Part shown: positions 12,610-26,063 of the stretch, piece after piece
Numbering within the stretch: the first letter of the stretch is position 1
How the letters are laid out: each line of letters starts with the position of its first letter
Assembly (NCBI RefSeq): GCF_006345805.1
Contig: NC_042999.1
Coordinates: 167,648,001 to 167,712,000 of the forward strand
Direction: 5' to 3'
DNA: 64,000 nt
Source: Octopus sinensis
Taxonomy: Eukaryota
The notes under the pieces: generated by a model
What the model was told of the DNA's origin: nothing
Database searches by the model: none
Seen by the model: only the letters and a program-made list of their open reading frames with translations
Translations under genes and position numbers: made by a program

Positions 12610-13622
12610 CCCATACAGGCGCACAAACAGGGTCGGGCAACACAATATGAACGGTGTCATATACAATCGTATGGGTTTAAAAATTTACAATGACAGATGA
12701 TTAACGAATGAAACACAAAAAAAATTACATATATAAAAATAACATAATGAGGCATTAAAAACAGGTCAGCTCCGACCCCACGAGCCCTGTCTTTAATACC
12801 GGTACCTTTGTAATCTTTCTGACGTATTCACGCAGGGCCTTTCACTCCCAACATACGTGCCATACGTGTTTGAACATAGACACCTCCTTTCCAGCCCCAC
12901 CTTCTTTCTAAGGTGAAAGGTAAAAACATTCACCAGGGCGAGGCCGGATACGAAGCAGTCTGTCACAATCCCTTTCATCTTTGACTTCCATATCACCTCT
13001 CTCGTAATTGATACTACTACGAGAAAACAATTCTTACTTCCGTCAGGAACTCCAACGGGTTAATTTTTGCAATTGATTCAGCCGATAGCTGTACTCTTCT
13101 TCCATCTGACAACAGGTGTTCTGCATAAACCCACACTTCTGAAATTCCCGGACACTGAACAATAGCGTACAGGACGGTTTCCATGTCCCGCTCGCATCTT
13201 GGACAGGCCGATGGCTCACGATGGCTGTGTCTGGTGAGCTTATCCCGAACGGGTAGGGGGGCTCCTCGGTGACACTGCCAGGCCAAAGAATTTTGGAAGT
13301 TATCCAGTGTCTTCGGCCCGAATGTTCTTCGGAACAGGCTCTCTAACTGATGATCATCGAGACCCAGGGTCCTTCCCAGGGCATCATCATTTCCAGCCTC
13401 TACCAACCTACTATAGGTTGGTACCGAAACCGCTGGCGTTGCCCGAGTTGCGGAACTGGAGAAGAGCCTTACGGCATTCTGTATACCAGGTACCCAACCT
13501 CGATCTTCGACGAAACCAGTTTTCTCTACCACCAAAACTAGTAAAGCTGGGAAACCGTCAAGCGAGCGGAGACCACACTCGTTCACCATCCAGGTAGAGC
13601 CAGACGTGCCTCAAACTTGAAC
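12610..13622 (-). pseudogene. Tx1/L1-type LINE 3' end (C-terminal CCHC domain plus 3' UTR)
   Basis: LDNFQNSLAWQCHRGA.LPVRDKL..CPRC..ETVL(H/Y)AIVQCP..VW; homologous to 60545-61311. Confidence 0.8.
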
Positions 13623-13627
13623 ACCGC

Positions 13628-13982
13628 CTTTAGTTGAGCAAATCGACCCAAGACTTATTCTTTGTTAGCCTAGTACTTATTCTATCGGACTCTCTTGCCG
13701 CACCGCTAGTGTGCACCAACATCGGTTGTATATGTATGTGTTTGTGTGTCTGTGTTTGTCCGTAAGAAAAGCAAAAGTAGGCTTTATTTACAGAATAAAG
13801 CCTGTCCCGAACTGCCAAAACGAGCGGGTCACACGGACATACAAATACTGTTTCACTGAACAGAAATAATGTCTAGCTACTAGTCTATCGGTGTGTGGAG
13901 GGACAAACACAGACACGCAAACATATACATATATGCACACACACACACACACTGACACTAACACACACACACACACTGACAC

Positions 13983-14027
<45 letters not shown>

Positions 14028-14203
14028 TACATCTATATATATGATTGGCTTTTTTCAGTTTCCGTTCACCAAATCCAGTCAGAAGGCTTTGGTCAGCCCG
14101 ATGCTATAGTAGAAGACACTTGCCCAAGGTGTCAAGAAGTGGGACTGAACCCGAAACCATGTGGTTTGTAAGCAAGCTACTTACCAGACACCCACTCCTG
14201 CGC
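13628..14203 (-). mobile_element. SINE family B with expanded internal (CA)n
   Basis: Matches 7090-7497 on both sides of the microsatellite. Confidence 0.85.
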
Positions 14204-14380
14204 ATATTAATTATATATCTATTATGTATATATCTATATGTATGTATATATGTATATGTATATTTTTTTGTATATATATATATTTATATGTATATGTATA
14301 TTCATATATATATATATATATATAAATATATGTATATATGTATATGTATATATATATATGTGTGTGTGTGTGTATGTATG

Positions 14381-14414
<34 letters not shown>

Positions 14415-15189
14415 AGTGTATGTATGTATTAATACATGCGATTTTCTCTGCGTGGCTGCAAGCTTTTCTGGTTTATAAACTCAATCTCGTAGTAAAGACT
14501 ATACAAGAGATGGCATATATTTAATATCACAATGATCCTGGGAGTGTTTCAACTATACTGTGATCCGCCCTGCAAAATGACCATAAAAATGTGAACTATG
14601 AAGCATAAGATATGAAGTAGAGTATACAGAACAAACAAACTGGATAATTATTAGAGAACTATATTTAAACTATTCAGAAATGGGATGATAAGTAGGGAGA
14701 ATGATTAACATTTTTGAACTTGTTTTACTTATGTTTCGGCAGTAAACACTTTTCATGCTTGCTTAGGATAATTTTGGTGGTAATTTTGTTGCTGATCGCA
14801 TCTCTTCGCTCCAGGCGAAATCCATAGAAATATGAAAATATATTTTGTTTTCTCATATTAAATCCATTTTTCAGGGGAATAAATCTTTGGAATCTAGTTT
14901 TAGACTAGACAAAATCACTAAAAGCCAATAGAACTAAGTCTCCAAAGAATCAGCAGAAATTTTGACTCGACAAGTTTTCACTTAATATAGTTTATGTAAA
15001 TCAAGAATTATTGATTTTAATTTTTTTTGCCCAATGGGCAGTAGTCTTCACCAGGTGCTGGACAAAACGTCCACCCAGAGTGTTTTGGGCTTGTTCATAC
15101 ATACATAAGTCATCATTAATGTATTATGTATTAATGTATTATGCACTTAATTTATTATATCATTATTATTTATAAATAAATAAATATAT

Positions 15190-16110
15190 ATATATATACA
15201 TAATAAGAATATCAGGAAGTATAACTCCAAACTTACAGGGAAAAATTCAATTTAGTATTAAATCAAATTTTACCATATAAATATATAATATATATAAATT
15301 AGAGAAAAAACACTATCATGTAATACAAACAATGATAGACATAAACCATATCATCTCGAAGAAATAAAATATATGATAAAACATATATCTAGATCACAAA
15401 AGGTACATAATAATAAATAAACAGTATATAAGTAAAAAGACTACGTACGTTTCGCGGCTATAACTTCAATTCGAATTACAATTAAATTTTAATTTAATCC
15501 AAAAACAATTCAATTTAAAAGTATAGTCACTCCTCAGGTTAACAATAATAACAATAATAGTTAAATATATATTTTTAATAAATAATCGAATGAATTAAAC
15601 AATATTTCTTAAATAAAAACATGATTTTTCTTATAGAAGAAACTCCGTTAACTAAATTTGAAACTTAAAAAGTAGGACCAGGTGTCTATAATACATTTAT
15701 CACGTTAAAGACCTAAGGTAAAAAATAGAGTAAATAGGTAGAAATATGTATTTTATCTGTGAAGATATATTTTAGTTTTGAGAATAATTTTAACAAATTA
15801 TAGTATATCTTTACTGGAAAAATATAAGAGTCCAATCAATTAAAATAAAAATAGTTAAAATAAATCATATACTTAAGTTAAGCTAAATTACTATAATTTA
15901 ATCTATATTTATTAATTAAATAAATTATATATTGATTTATTAATTAATATATATATACGTAGTCATTTTACTTATTATATACTGTTTATTTATTATAATG
16001 TAATTTCTGTGATCTAGATATATGTTTTATCATATATTGTATTTTTTATATGATATGGTTTATGTCTATCATGTTTTTGAATGACATAATAGTGGTTTTT
16101 CTCTAATTTA
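15190..16110 (-). mobile_element. PLE 3' end / pseudo-LTR remnant with an inverted partial copy
   Basis: 15295-15410 is the reverse complement of 16000-16110; contains a hammerhead motif; decayed GIY-YIG-like tail at 15600-15900. Confidence 0.6.
15435..15545 (-). ncRNA. Type I hammerhead ribozyme motif (long stem II, partly decayed)
   Basis: Minus: CTGAGGA-GTGACTATA...TTATAGCCGC-GAAA-CGTACGTA; palindromic stem III ACGTACGT, GUA site; stem I only ~2 bp. Confidence 0.55.
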
Positions 16111-16234
16111 TATATATATATATACATATATATATATGTATATATAAAAATATAGATAGATATATACATATATACATATATGTATAAATATATGTATATA
16201 TATATATGCATACATATATGTATACATTTATATA

Positions 16235-16286
<52 letters not shown>

Positions 16287-16323
16287 AATATATATATATA
16301 TAATATATATTATATATATATAT

Positions 16324-16740
16324 AGGCGCAGGAGTGGCTGTGTTGTAAGTAGCTTGTTTACCAACCCCTTAGTTCCGGGTTCAGTCCCCCTGCGTGGCAC
16401 CTTGGGCAAGTGTCTTCTACTATAGCCTCGGGCCGACCAATGCCTTGTGAGTGGATTTGGTAGACAGAAACTGAAAGAAGCCCGTCGTATATATGTATAT
16501 ATATATGTGCGTGTGTGTTTGTGTGTCTGTGTTTGTCCCCCTAGTATTGCTTGACAACTGATGCTGGTGTGTTTATGTCCCCGTTACTTAGCGCTTCGGC
16601 AAAAGAGACCGATAGATTAAGTACTGGGCTTACAAAAGAATAAGTCCCGGAGTCGAGTAGCTCGATTAAAGGCGGTGCACCAGCATGGCCGCATTCAAAT
16701 GACTGAAACAAGTAAAAGAGTAAAAGAGAGTAAAAGAGTA
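16324..16740 (+). mobile_element. SINE family B, full length
   Basis: AGGCGCAGGAGTGGCTGTG head to AAGTAAAAGAGTAAAAGAG tail. Confidence 0.9.
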
Positions 16741-16990
16741 TATACATATATACGTACATATATACATATAGATATATATATCATATATATATACATATAT
16801 ATGTATATATATATATATAATATATACATATATTTATGTATATATGTACATATATATATGTATATATACATGTATATATATATTATATATATATACATCT
16901 TCATATATGCTGGTGGTTTATGTCCCGTTATTTAGCGGTTCGGCTAAACAACGATAGAATAAGTACTGGGCTTACATGTATATGTATATG

Positions 16991-17036
<46 letters not shown>

Positions 17037-17291
17037 TATATATATATTATATATATATAAGTATATATACACATTTATACATGCATATATGCATATAAAT
17101 ATATATATATATTTATCTGTTGTGTGTGTGTGTGTGTATATATATACGTATATATATCTATGTATACATATATGTATATATACATATATACATGTATATA
17201 TACATATATGTAGATATATATATTCATATATATCTATATATATACATATATATATGTGATATATGCATATATACATACATAATATATATAT

Positions 17292-17333
<42 letters not shown>

Positions 17334-17357
17334 CATTATTATATATAATATATATAT

Positions 17358-17403
<46 letters not shown>

Positions 17404-17536
17404 AGCGTAGAAGAGCGTAGGCTCGAAATGTAAAAGTTTTTTTTTTTTCCTGAGCGTTATACTAATACATCTGTTTGTTTTGTACACCACCTGCCTTCGT
17501 CTTTTGTTTTTTTCCTAAACTCTCCCTATACTATAT

Positions 17537-17586
<50 letters not shown>

Positions 17587-17815
17587 GTATATATATATTT
17601 TAAAATGGGATAAAATCTTTATAAGTATTTACCAAGTATTTAGCGTGAAAAACCTCATAACAGAAAAATCCACCAATTCTTTCACTTTAATATATTTATT
17701 CATATTATGTAGAGGGCATTACTATACATAAATGCCACTCCATGAGGGATTCTTTAAGTCAAAACTACCAAAATAAATAAACACATCGTACCGAATGCAA
17801 CTCTCGAAGCAAGTC

Positions 17816-17852
<37 letters not shown>

Positions 17853-17958
17853 AATATATATATATATATATGGTTATTTTATTATTATTATTGTTTTTAA
17901 GTATTATTATTATTAATGATAATCTCAGAGCGAGTTATAAACAGTAGCAGCAACACAT

Positions 17959-18127
17959 CGTGACGTATATTTGCCATTTGAATATGGCTAACCCCTAAGG
18001 GTGGATGCTACTGTAGTTTGTAGCCCCAGGAAGACACCTCCTCCAGCTGGTGCCCTATCAGTATTTTGTGATAAGTATAATATCTTTAATCTTAATACCG
18101 AATCATTGCCTCTTCCTTGTATATATA

Positions 18128-18161
<34 letters not shown>

Positions 18162-18632
18162 AAAATACAAACTGGGACAAGAACGCAAAACATTTAGGAG
18201 ACGACACAAAAAACACGGACGGGACATTCGAGAGGGCACAGAAAGTGTGTCTATAGCCAGCTGGAGGAGGTGTCTTCCTGGGGCTACAAACTACAGTAGC
18301 ATCCACCCTTAGGGGTTAGCCATATTCAAATGGCAAATATACGTCACGATTATTATTATTGTTTTACGTATTATTTTGTATTCATATTCGTGTAACCTCG
18401 TCCGTTTTTCCGTCCTTGTTTTGTATACATTCGAGGCTTTCTTCCAAGGAATCTACTGCTCGTAGCTTAGTTTTTCCTTGAGGCTGGCTGGATTGGAGCA
18501 ATCTCAAGATTAATCAGCCGAAATTGCGAGGATTATCCGGTTCTTGACTGAAGATTGAAGGCTTCGAATGTCCCGTCCGTGTTTTTGTGTCGTCTCCTAA
18601 ATGTTTTGCGTTCTTGTCCCAGTTTGTATTTT

Positions 18633-18663
<31 letters not shown>

Positions 18664-18684
18664 CACACACACACACACACACAC

Positions 18685-18754
<70 letters not shown>

Positions 18755-18810
18755 AGGAAGAGGCAATGATTCGGTATTAAGATTAAGATATTATACTTAT
18801 CACAAAATAA
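17959..18810. repeat. Nested inverted-repeat complex, probably PLE pseudo-LTR fragments
   Basis: 17959-18051 vs 18258-18350 inverted and apparently identical; 18060-18230 vs 18565-18810 inverted apart from microsatellite length. Confidence 0.8.
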
Positions 18811-19109
18811 TACATATATAAAAAAATACAGTTACTCTTCACATAACGTACAACTTTGGAAGTATACATTTTCTGCCTTGGGTGATAGCAGGAAATACGG
18901 AATACATACAATAATTATAATTGAATTTTTATCAAATTTCTAATGTTTATACTAAGTTATTTTCAAAGCAACAATATTTATTACCTTAAATAAAAGTAAA
19001 TATAACAAATTTCTCACATAACTTCTTCCTTAACTATTCTATCATTTACTGCTACTCCTGCTCCTGTTACCAAGCCTAGTATGTGCTCCCATCCTGAACC
19101 TTTTATATT

Positions 19110-19728
19110 AACTGTATCTGTTTCTCTCTTTTACATACACACACACACGTACATATATTCTCTCTTTTTTTCTCACCTTTGCTCTCATCTTATACAACAT
19201 TAAGCGTATACAACTGACCAACCAACCAGCCGCCTGAGATTTTTATCACCTATAGAGATAAGGAACTGTATCTGTTTCTCTCTTTTACATACACACACAC
19301 ACGTACATATATCTCTCTCTCTTTTTTTCTCACCTTTGCTCTCATCTTATACACCATTAAGCGTATACAACTGACCAACCAACCAGCCGCCTGAGATTTT
19401 TATCACCTATAGAGATAAGGAACTGTATCTGTTTCTCTCTTTTACATACACACACACACGTACATATATTCTCTCTTTTTTTCTCACCTTTGCTCTCATC
19501 TTATACAACATTAAGCGTATACAACTGACCAACCAACCAGCCGCCTGAGATTTTTATCACCTATAGAGATAAGGAACTGTATCTGTTTCTCTCTTTTACA
19601 TACACACACACACGTACATATATTCTCTCTTTTTTTCTCACCTTTGCTCTCATCTTATACAACATTAAGCGTATACAACTGACCAACCAACCAGCCGCCT
19701 GAGATTTTTATCACCTATAGAGATAAGG
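19110..19728. repeat. Tandem array, 4 x ~154 bp
   Basis: Units start at 19110, 19264, 19421 and 19575; near identical. Confidence 0.95.
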
Positions 19729-20320
19729 AACAGCAATTTGCATAAATCTAGAAACATAGATATGGTCCAATATAAACTATTAACTTTTTGGGAAAAGATT
19801 CCATAATTAATTCTTAATATAAAGTCATAAAGCAGATCAATAAAAGTATTAACTGGCCACATCGTTGGCCATTCCAGATGGGATATGAACTGGGAGAGAA
19901 TTGATCCAGAAAAATAGTGATTTCTGCCATTGACATAGCTCAGGAACAAGAAAGAAACCTACAGGGAAAATGCACTAAAATGAAAAGTACAAACGAAAGC
20001 AGACACCTACCCTAACTCCCATCATCTACTGACCAAATGCAACAAACCCCGACACCTTCCGACAATACAAGCCCAACTGTGCGATATCAGCAATGCAACC
20101 TGCCGGATCAGACGAACAAGGACAGAAAAACCCAGAGACAAGAACTCTAAGGAAAGGGAGGGTAAATATCAAACGAAATAAACGAATATATGCATACACA
20201 GAATATCTTTCAAACATGCAACAAAACCAAGTTGTGTGGAGTAATGGCAATACCAAAAGTACCAATACCAATACCAAAAGTAGTGTGCTTTTTGCCTTGA
20301 AGCAAAAGGTATGTCATTCA

Positions 20321-20707
20321 AGGCGGCGAGCTGGCAGAGTGATTAGCACGTCGGGCGAAATGCTTAGCGGTATTTCGTCTGCGTTACGTTGTGAGTTCAA
20401 ATTCCGCCGAGGTCGATAAATTAAGTACCAGTTACGCACTGGGGTCGATGTAATCGACTTAATACCTATGTCTGTCCTTGTTTGTCCCCTCTGTGTTTAG
20501 CCCCTTGTGGGTAATAAAGAAATAGGTATTTCGTCTGCCGTTACATTCTGAGTTCAAATTCCGCCGAGGTCGACTTTACCTTTCATCCTTTCGGAGTCGA
20601 TAAATTAAGTACCAGTTACGCACTGGGGTCGATGTAATCGACTTAATACCTATGCCTGTCCTTGTTTGTCCCCTCTACGTTTAGCCCCTTGTGGGTAATA
20701 AAGAAAT
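20321..20707 (+). mobile_element. SINE family A, partial dimer, 14-bp TSD
   Basis: TSD AGGTATGTCATTCA at 20307-20320 and 20708-20721; body repeated after AAAGAAATA tail. Confidence 0.92.
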
Positions 20708-21019
20708 AGGTATGTCATTCATTAAACAGCACGTGAGCACTTAGAACTATTATATTAATATAATTAAAACAAAACGAATCATAGAATTTGATGTTAGATT
20801 AAAGCTTTAACTCATGGATATTCTAGTTAGAGTCAATATGTGTTTGTCTAAGTTTGCATTTCTACGTATTTCAGTGTGCGTACATGTACGTTCATAAATA
20901 TGGCTGTGTATACTTGTTTATATAGATGTAGATATGTTTTTTCGGGTTTTGGATATGATGAGAGCACGGTATATATTATATGTGTGTGTAGATGCATACT
21001 TTATATTTGCACTTAAATT

Positions 21020-21360
21020 CCTTTCTCCACCCTTCCTTTGTATTTTGCTGGAGCGCCGCCTTGAAGGGTTTTAGTCGAACGAATCGACCCCAGTACTTAC
21101 TTTTCAAATCTAGTACTTATTCTATCGGTCCCTTTTGCCGAACCGCTAAGTTATGGAGGCGTAAACACACCAGCATTGGTTATCAAGCGATGATGGGGGC
21201 ACAAACACAGGTACATACATTGATACGACGGACTTCTTTCAGTTTCCGACTACCAAATCCATTCACGAGGATTTGGTCGACCCGAGGCTATAGCAGAAGA
21301 CACTTACCCATGGTGTCACACAGTGGGACTGAACCCAGGACCACGTGGTAGAGAAGCAAG
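21020..21360 (-). mobile_element. Degraded SINE family B
   Basis: CTATCGGTCCCTTTTGCCGAACCGCTAAG..GTGGGACTGAACCC. Confidence 0.8.
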
Positions 21361-21469
21361 CGCATGTTCATTATATGTTTTATTTCTGCACATACCAATA
21401 GTCATGTATATGTAAATTGGACGCACGCACGCATACACACACACATACATCCCTATACATACATATATA

Positions 21470-22396
21470 TATAACTGCCCGAAATGGTTGTGACTTCTGG
21501 TACTTGACTGAGGAAAGAAGGCCACGAATGACCCGTCTTTTTTTCCCTGCCCTTCTAATTGTTGTTTCTCTTGTCCGCCTTTATATCGTCTATCTGTCCG
21601 AATGTCTTATTGTCTTCTATTGCGTTTTTGTTCCATTTTTATATTTATATATACATATAGCGGCGTACGTACACCCATGTGTTCGCCTTATAGTAGGTGT
21701 GTATCTAAATTTTGTACGACTCTTACTCTATATTTTAGTCCCCCTCTTACTTTCTTACTTTTTACTTACTCTCGCTTCCCTTCTCTCTCACATTTCTTGG
21801 CCCTCTCCTTAACCCCCACTATTTCCCACTCGTTTATCTCCCCTGTACCTTTCTCTTTCTCTCTGAATTTTTTCTAATCCTTCAATCCCGCTGCCCCCTA
21901 CCCATCTCTCCTCCTTCACGTGGCCGGTGTCCGGCCACGCATGATCTTTTTCTTAGCCAGACTGCAGACGGCCAACACTTCTTATGGCTATCTCCTATGT
22001 TCCTGCCTTTAGGCTTTCACTTCACACTTGCCAGCTCAATTGGGTTCGCTTTCAATCGAAAGACACCTATTGTTATTTTCTTGTAGTTTGTATATGTTAT
22101 TGTGTACCATGTTCTCCGTTTTTTTTTTTGTCTTTGTTTTCGTACACATTCGGTAGCTTTCTTACAAAGGAGTCTAATGCTCTCAGTTTCGACTTTTTGG
22201 GGGGCAACCAGATCGAACTGTCTCAAGTGTAACTGCCCCAAACGGTCGTGACTCCTGGTACTTGACTGAGGAAAGAAGGCCCTGAATGCCCCGTCATTTT
22301 TTTTGCCTATCCTTCAAATTGTTGTTTCACTTGTCCACTTTTGTATCGTCTATCTGTCCGAATGTTTTATTGTCCTCTATTGCGTTTTTGTTCTCT

Positions 22397-22400
<4 letters not shown>
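21470..22400 (+). repeat. Pair of ~175-bp diverged direct repeats (pseudo-LTR-like)
   Basis: 21470-21645 and 22230-22400 share TAACTGCCC..CTGGTACTTGACTGAGGAAAGAAGGCC..TATCGTCTATCTGTCCGAATG..TATTGCGTTTTTGTT. Confidence 0.75.
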
Positions 22401-22468
<68 letters not shown>

Positions 22469-22702
22469 ATGCTGAAAATAGCATACAGGTATGGGTATTC
22501 ATTCTCACTGTGACTGAAATGGCAGTATGATCTAACGAAGGACTTATTTAAACAATCACCTTAAAAAGTGCATCTTGCAACTTGGATGGGCAATAGTTAA
22601 AAATGATAATTATATCAGCTTACCAATATACTACAAGTGTATCACAACAACTGAAATGATTTTAAATATAGAATGTCGTCCAATTCATTTTCTATTATCT
22701 GC

Positions 22703-22749
<47 letters not shown>

Positions 22750-22751
22750 AT

Positions 22752-22891
22752 AAATTAAACTTAAATGTTGAAGTGAATCGAACGGCTTTTGCGTGTTTCT
22801 TAAATAGGTTACAAACACCTTCCACGCTGCAATTATTTTCGTTCAGCACACGATCTCAGATCAAATCACTTGCTATGCGAGTACATCTCCG

Positions 22892-22933
<42 letters not shown>

Positions 22934-23074
22934 CGGAGATGTACTCGCATAGCAAGTGATTTGATCTGAGATCGTGTGCTGAAACGAAAATAATTGCAGC
23001 GTGGAAGGTGTTTGTAACCTATTTAAGAAACACGCAAAAGCCGTTCGATTCACTTCAACATTTAAGTTTAATTT
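22752..23074. repeat. Near-perfect palindrome with (TA)n centre
   Basis: Arms 22752-22894 and 22931-23074 differ by one 1-bp indel by eye. Confidence 0.95.
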
Positions 23075-23422
23075 ATATATATATATATATATATATAAAT
23101 CAGCTAATATTAGATGAATATATTTATTTCGCCAGTTGATATCCACAGGATGACGATTGTTTGGCAGCCAACATTATGGAAAAATATTCTTTTACATGTC
23201 TGCACTGGTGTGTTTTGTTATAAATTGCATAGTACTATTTAACATTTTGCAAACTAATGTAGAAAGCTAGCTCATCAGATCAACAGAATATCATGGTTAG
23301 ATCCATTTTGTAACACCAGCAGACATACAAAACAATTATCTGCAAAATGTTAATGTATGTCTTCCATCCAAGCAGCAAAACTTTATAGTTGGCGTTCCCT
23401 GTAATATTCCTCTTGATTTAAT

Positions 23423-23847
23423 ACTCTTACTCTTTACTCTTTTACTCTTTTACTTGTTGCAGTCATTTGACTGCGACCATGCTGGAGCACCACCTTTAGT
23501 CGAGCAAATCGACCCCGGGACTTATTCTTTGTAAGCCCAGTACTTATTCTATCGGTCTCTTTTGCCGAACCGCTAAGTAACGGGGACGTAAACACACCAG
23601 CATTGGTTGTCAAGCAATGCTAGGGGACAAACACGGACACACAAACACATACACACACATACATATATATATAGACATATATACGACAGGCTTCTTACAG
23701 TTTCCGTCTACCAAATCCACTCACAAGGCATTGGTCGGCCCGGGGCTACAGCAGAAGACACTTGCCCAAGATGCCACGCAGTGGGACTGAACCCGGAACC
23801 ATGTGGTTGGTTAGCAAGCTACTTACCACACAGCCACTCCTGCGCCT
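23423..23847 (-). mobile_element. SINE family B, full length, young
   Basis: Near-identical to 7090-7497. Confidence 0.9.
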
Positions 23848-24160
23848 AATATAAACATTGATTTAAATCAATTCAATTAAGAAAAACTCTAATTATGTAT
23901 CTTAATTGCGTAAATATGGAATTAATTGTTTAATCTTAATGAAACAGCCATTGAAAGTAACAGAATTATGATCTATAAAATTGATGCTTTTCTGCTTCGT
24001 TGCTCTTCAGGATAGTTCTAGCCAATTATGTACATACATGCAGACATTTTCTAACAACAGATTATAAACTGAAGTCATAATTACCACGGATATTGTTTTT
24101 TGATGATTTTATACTTCGTTTCTCTGTGTACAGGTGTAGACACGTATACGCGCGCTTACA

Positions 24161-24205
<45 letters not shown>

Positions 24206-24924
24206 TCTATCTTTCTCTCTTTCTCTCTCTTTCTCTGTCTCTGTCTCTCTGTCTCTCTGTCTCTTTCTCTCTCTCTCTCTCAAGAACATACACACGCACA
24301 AAAGACGAGCACGACAGTGGCGTCTCTACATAGTGGCTCGACATGCTAGAAATAGAAACCAAATTTTCCTAAAAATCACACACCTCCCGACTTAAAGAAG
24401 GAAAGACACGTTGAATAATGTAATCCTTAATGTATTATGTCTGAAAGACACGGTGGCCATGAAAGGAACGCATTTGATAATAGGTCTACTCAATCAAATC
24501 CGATCAGGAGTTAAGCCACAACTACAAGAACAAAAGAAATAGAAGAGCGATAAATAGAGGCTATTTCATTCTGAGTCAATTATTTTTAGTTAAATCCTTC
24601 TTAGCTTTCTATCTTATATTTTGCTCATACTTGTTTTTCTCCAGCTTTCTATTACCATGTACATTTGGAACATCAAAAGGAAAAAATGATTCTCTTCGTT
24701 GGATGCAAATATATTTATATGTTCAAACTCATTTGGTACTTTAAAGTTGCCTCGATTTAACCTTTTTAATATTTGCTGTTTATATACTCTTATACAATAT
24801 TTAGAGATTAAAAGGGTCATGTAACCGCTTCGCAACCTTCTACTTCGAGGTTAAAATTGTGCGATTTTTTAAATAGAAGGTATATCTTATAATTTAAATT
24901 ATCCAAATGTGCTGTGTAATGCAC

Positions 24925-24954
24925 TATGACGTCATAGACATATATGACGTCATA
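24925..24954. promoter_or_regulatory. Two perfect CRE palindromes (TATGACGTCATA x2)
   Basis: TGACGTCA at 24927-24934 and 24945-24952; motif presence only, function unknown. Confidence 0.3.
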
Positions 24955-26063
24955 CATGTGTGTATTTTAAATGTGTGTGTGTGCATATATATATATATAT
25001 ATATGTACAATATACATACACTAACATACACATATCTATACATGTATATAAATATAAATATGTGTGTGTGTGTGCAGAGAGAGAGGGGGAGAGACGCAGA
25101 GAAGAATGGAGGGTGAAAGAGAGAAAGAGAGAAAGTTTTTACTGTTACTGAAATAGGAAACTTACACAATTTCCTGTTCGGTTACTCAGAAGAGAGTCAA
25201 TATATCCGGAAGTGAATCAGTTAACGACTTGCTTTACTCTCCAAGGAGTTACCATTTTTGATGTGAGATCCTTTGGTGATATTGATAGAGTGGCCAGCAA
25301 AATTCTTTACAGTATTTAATCGCATCCCCTTACGCTTTGGGTTCAAATTCCAACAGAGTCGACTATGCCTATCATTCTGTAGAGGTTTAATATAGTATGT
25401 ACAGAGATTGCTTATCTACAGCTATTTAAGTTTCTTTAAGTTCATAGTTTTCATCTTGTTAGGGCTCACTTTAATTTTATATTCTTTCAGAATCGAGAAA
25501 ATAAATATCAGAAATATACTCCGCTTGTTATTTAATTAAGCGTTGCTTTATTCATCAGGTACGAATTTGGGAATCTCCGTATTTAATTACAGAGAATGCA
25601 ATCCTTATTTACAGTTACTTACGACCTGCAATCTAATCATTATCAGCAATGAGACTCATCGTTAATCTTTTGACTTCTAGGACAGAGGTAAATTCCTACT
25701 TAAGACACTTGGTTGACCTGTATGTTTAAGGATGAAATAAATAACCATAAATAATTAAATAACTAGAAAAAACATACTACTATGGGTCTTGAGGCGTTAT
25801 CGGGGGGATTTCGCCTGGTATTAGTGAAGCGTATTAACTTTAAGTGGGAATCGAAATCTCAACCCAGCTTCGGATCACCATGACTTCACTTCGTATAATT
25901 CATGGCTAACTTGGAAGAATAAGAGTCACATTGAAAGAATGAGTGTATGACTGTGCAACTGTTTGACTTCATAGCAATAATAGCCCAAATATTAAAACAT
26001 ATCCTCTCTGTCTGAAAAAGAATATAAACATAACTCCAATTTTTTAATTGCAAAGAAAATAGG

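Noticed and set aside
18541-18580. CTGAAGA..GAATGTCCCGTC as a hammerhead
   Set aside because: No GAAA, a 1-nt stem II loop and no stem I.
19110-19728. CRISPR-like array
   Set aside because: Units are wholly repeated with no unique spacers; eukaryotic context, no cas genes.
21495-22300. CTGAGGA...GAATG.CCCGTC motifs in the two direct repeats as hammerheads
   Set aside because: GAAA is replaced by GAAT and stems I and II do not pair; at most decayed relics.
25478-25560. AG...GT-bounded candidate exon
   Set aside because: In-frame stop in the most plausible frame and no recognisable protein; no partner exons.
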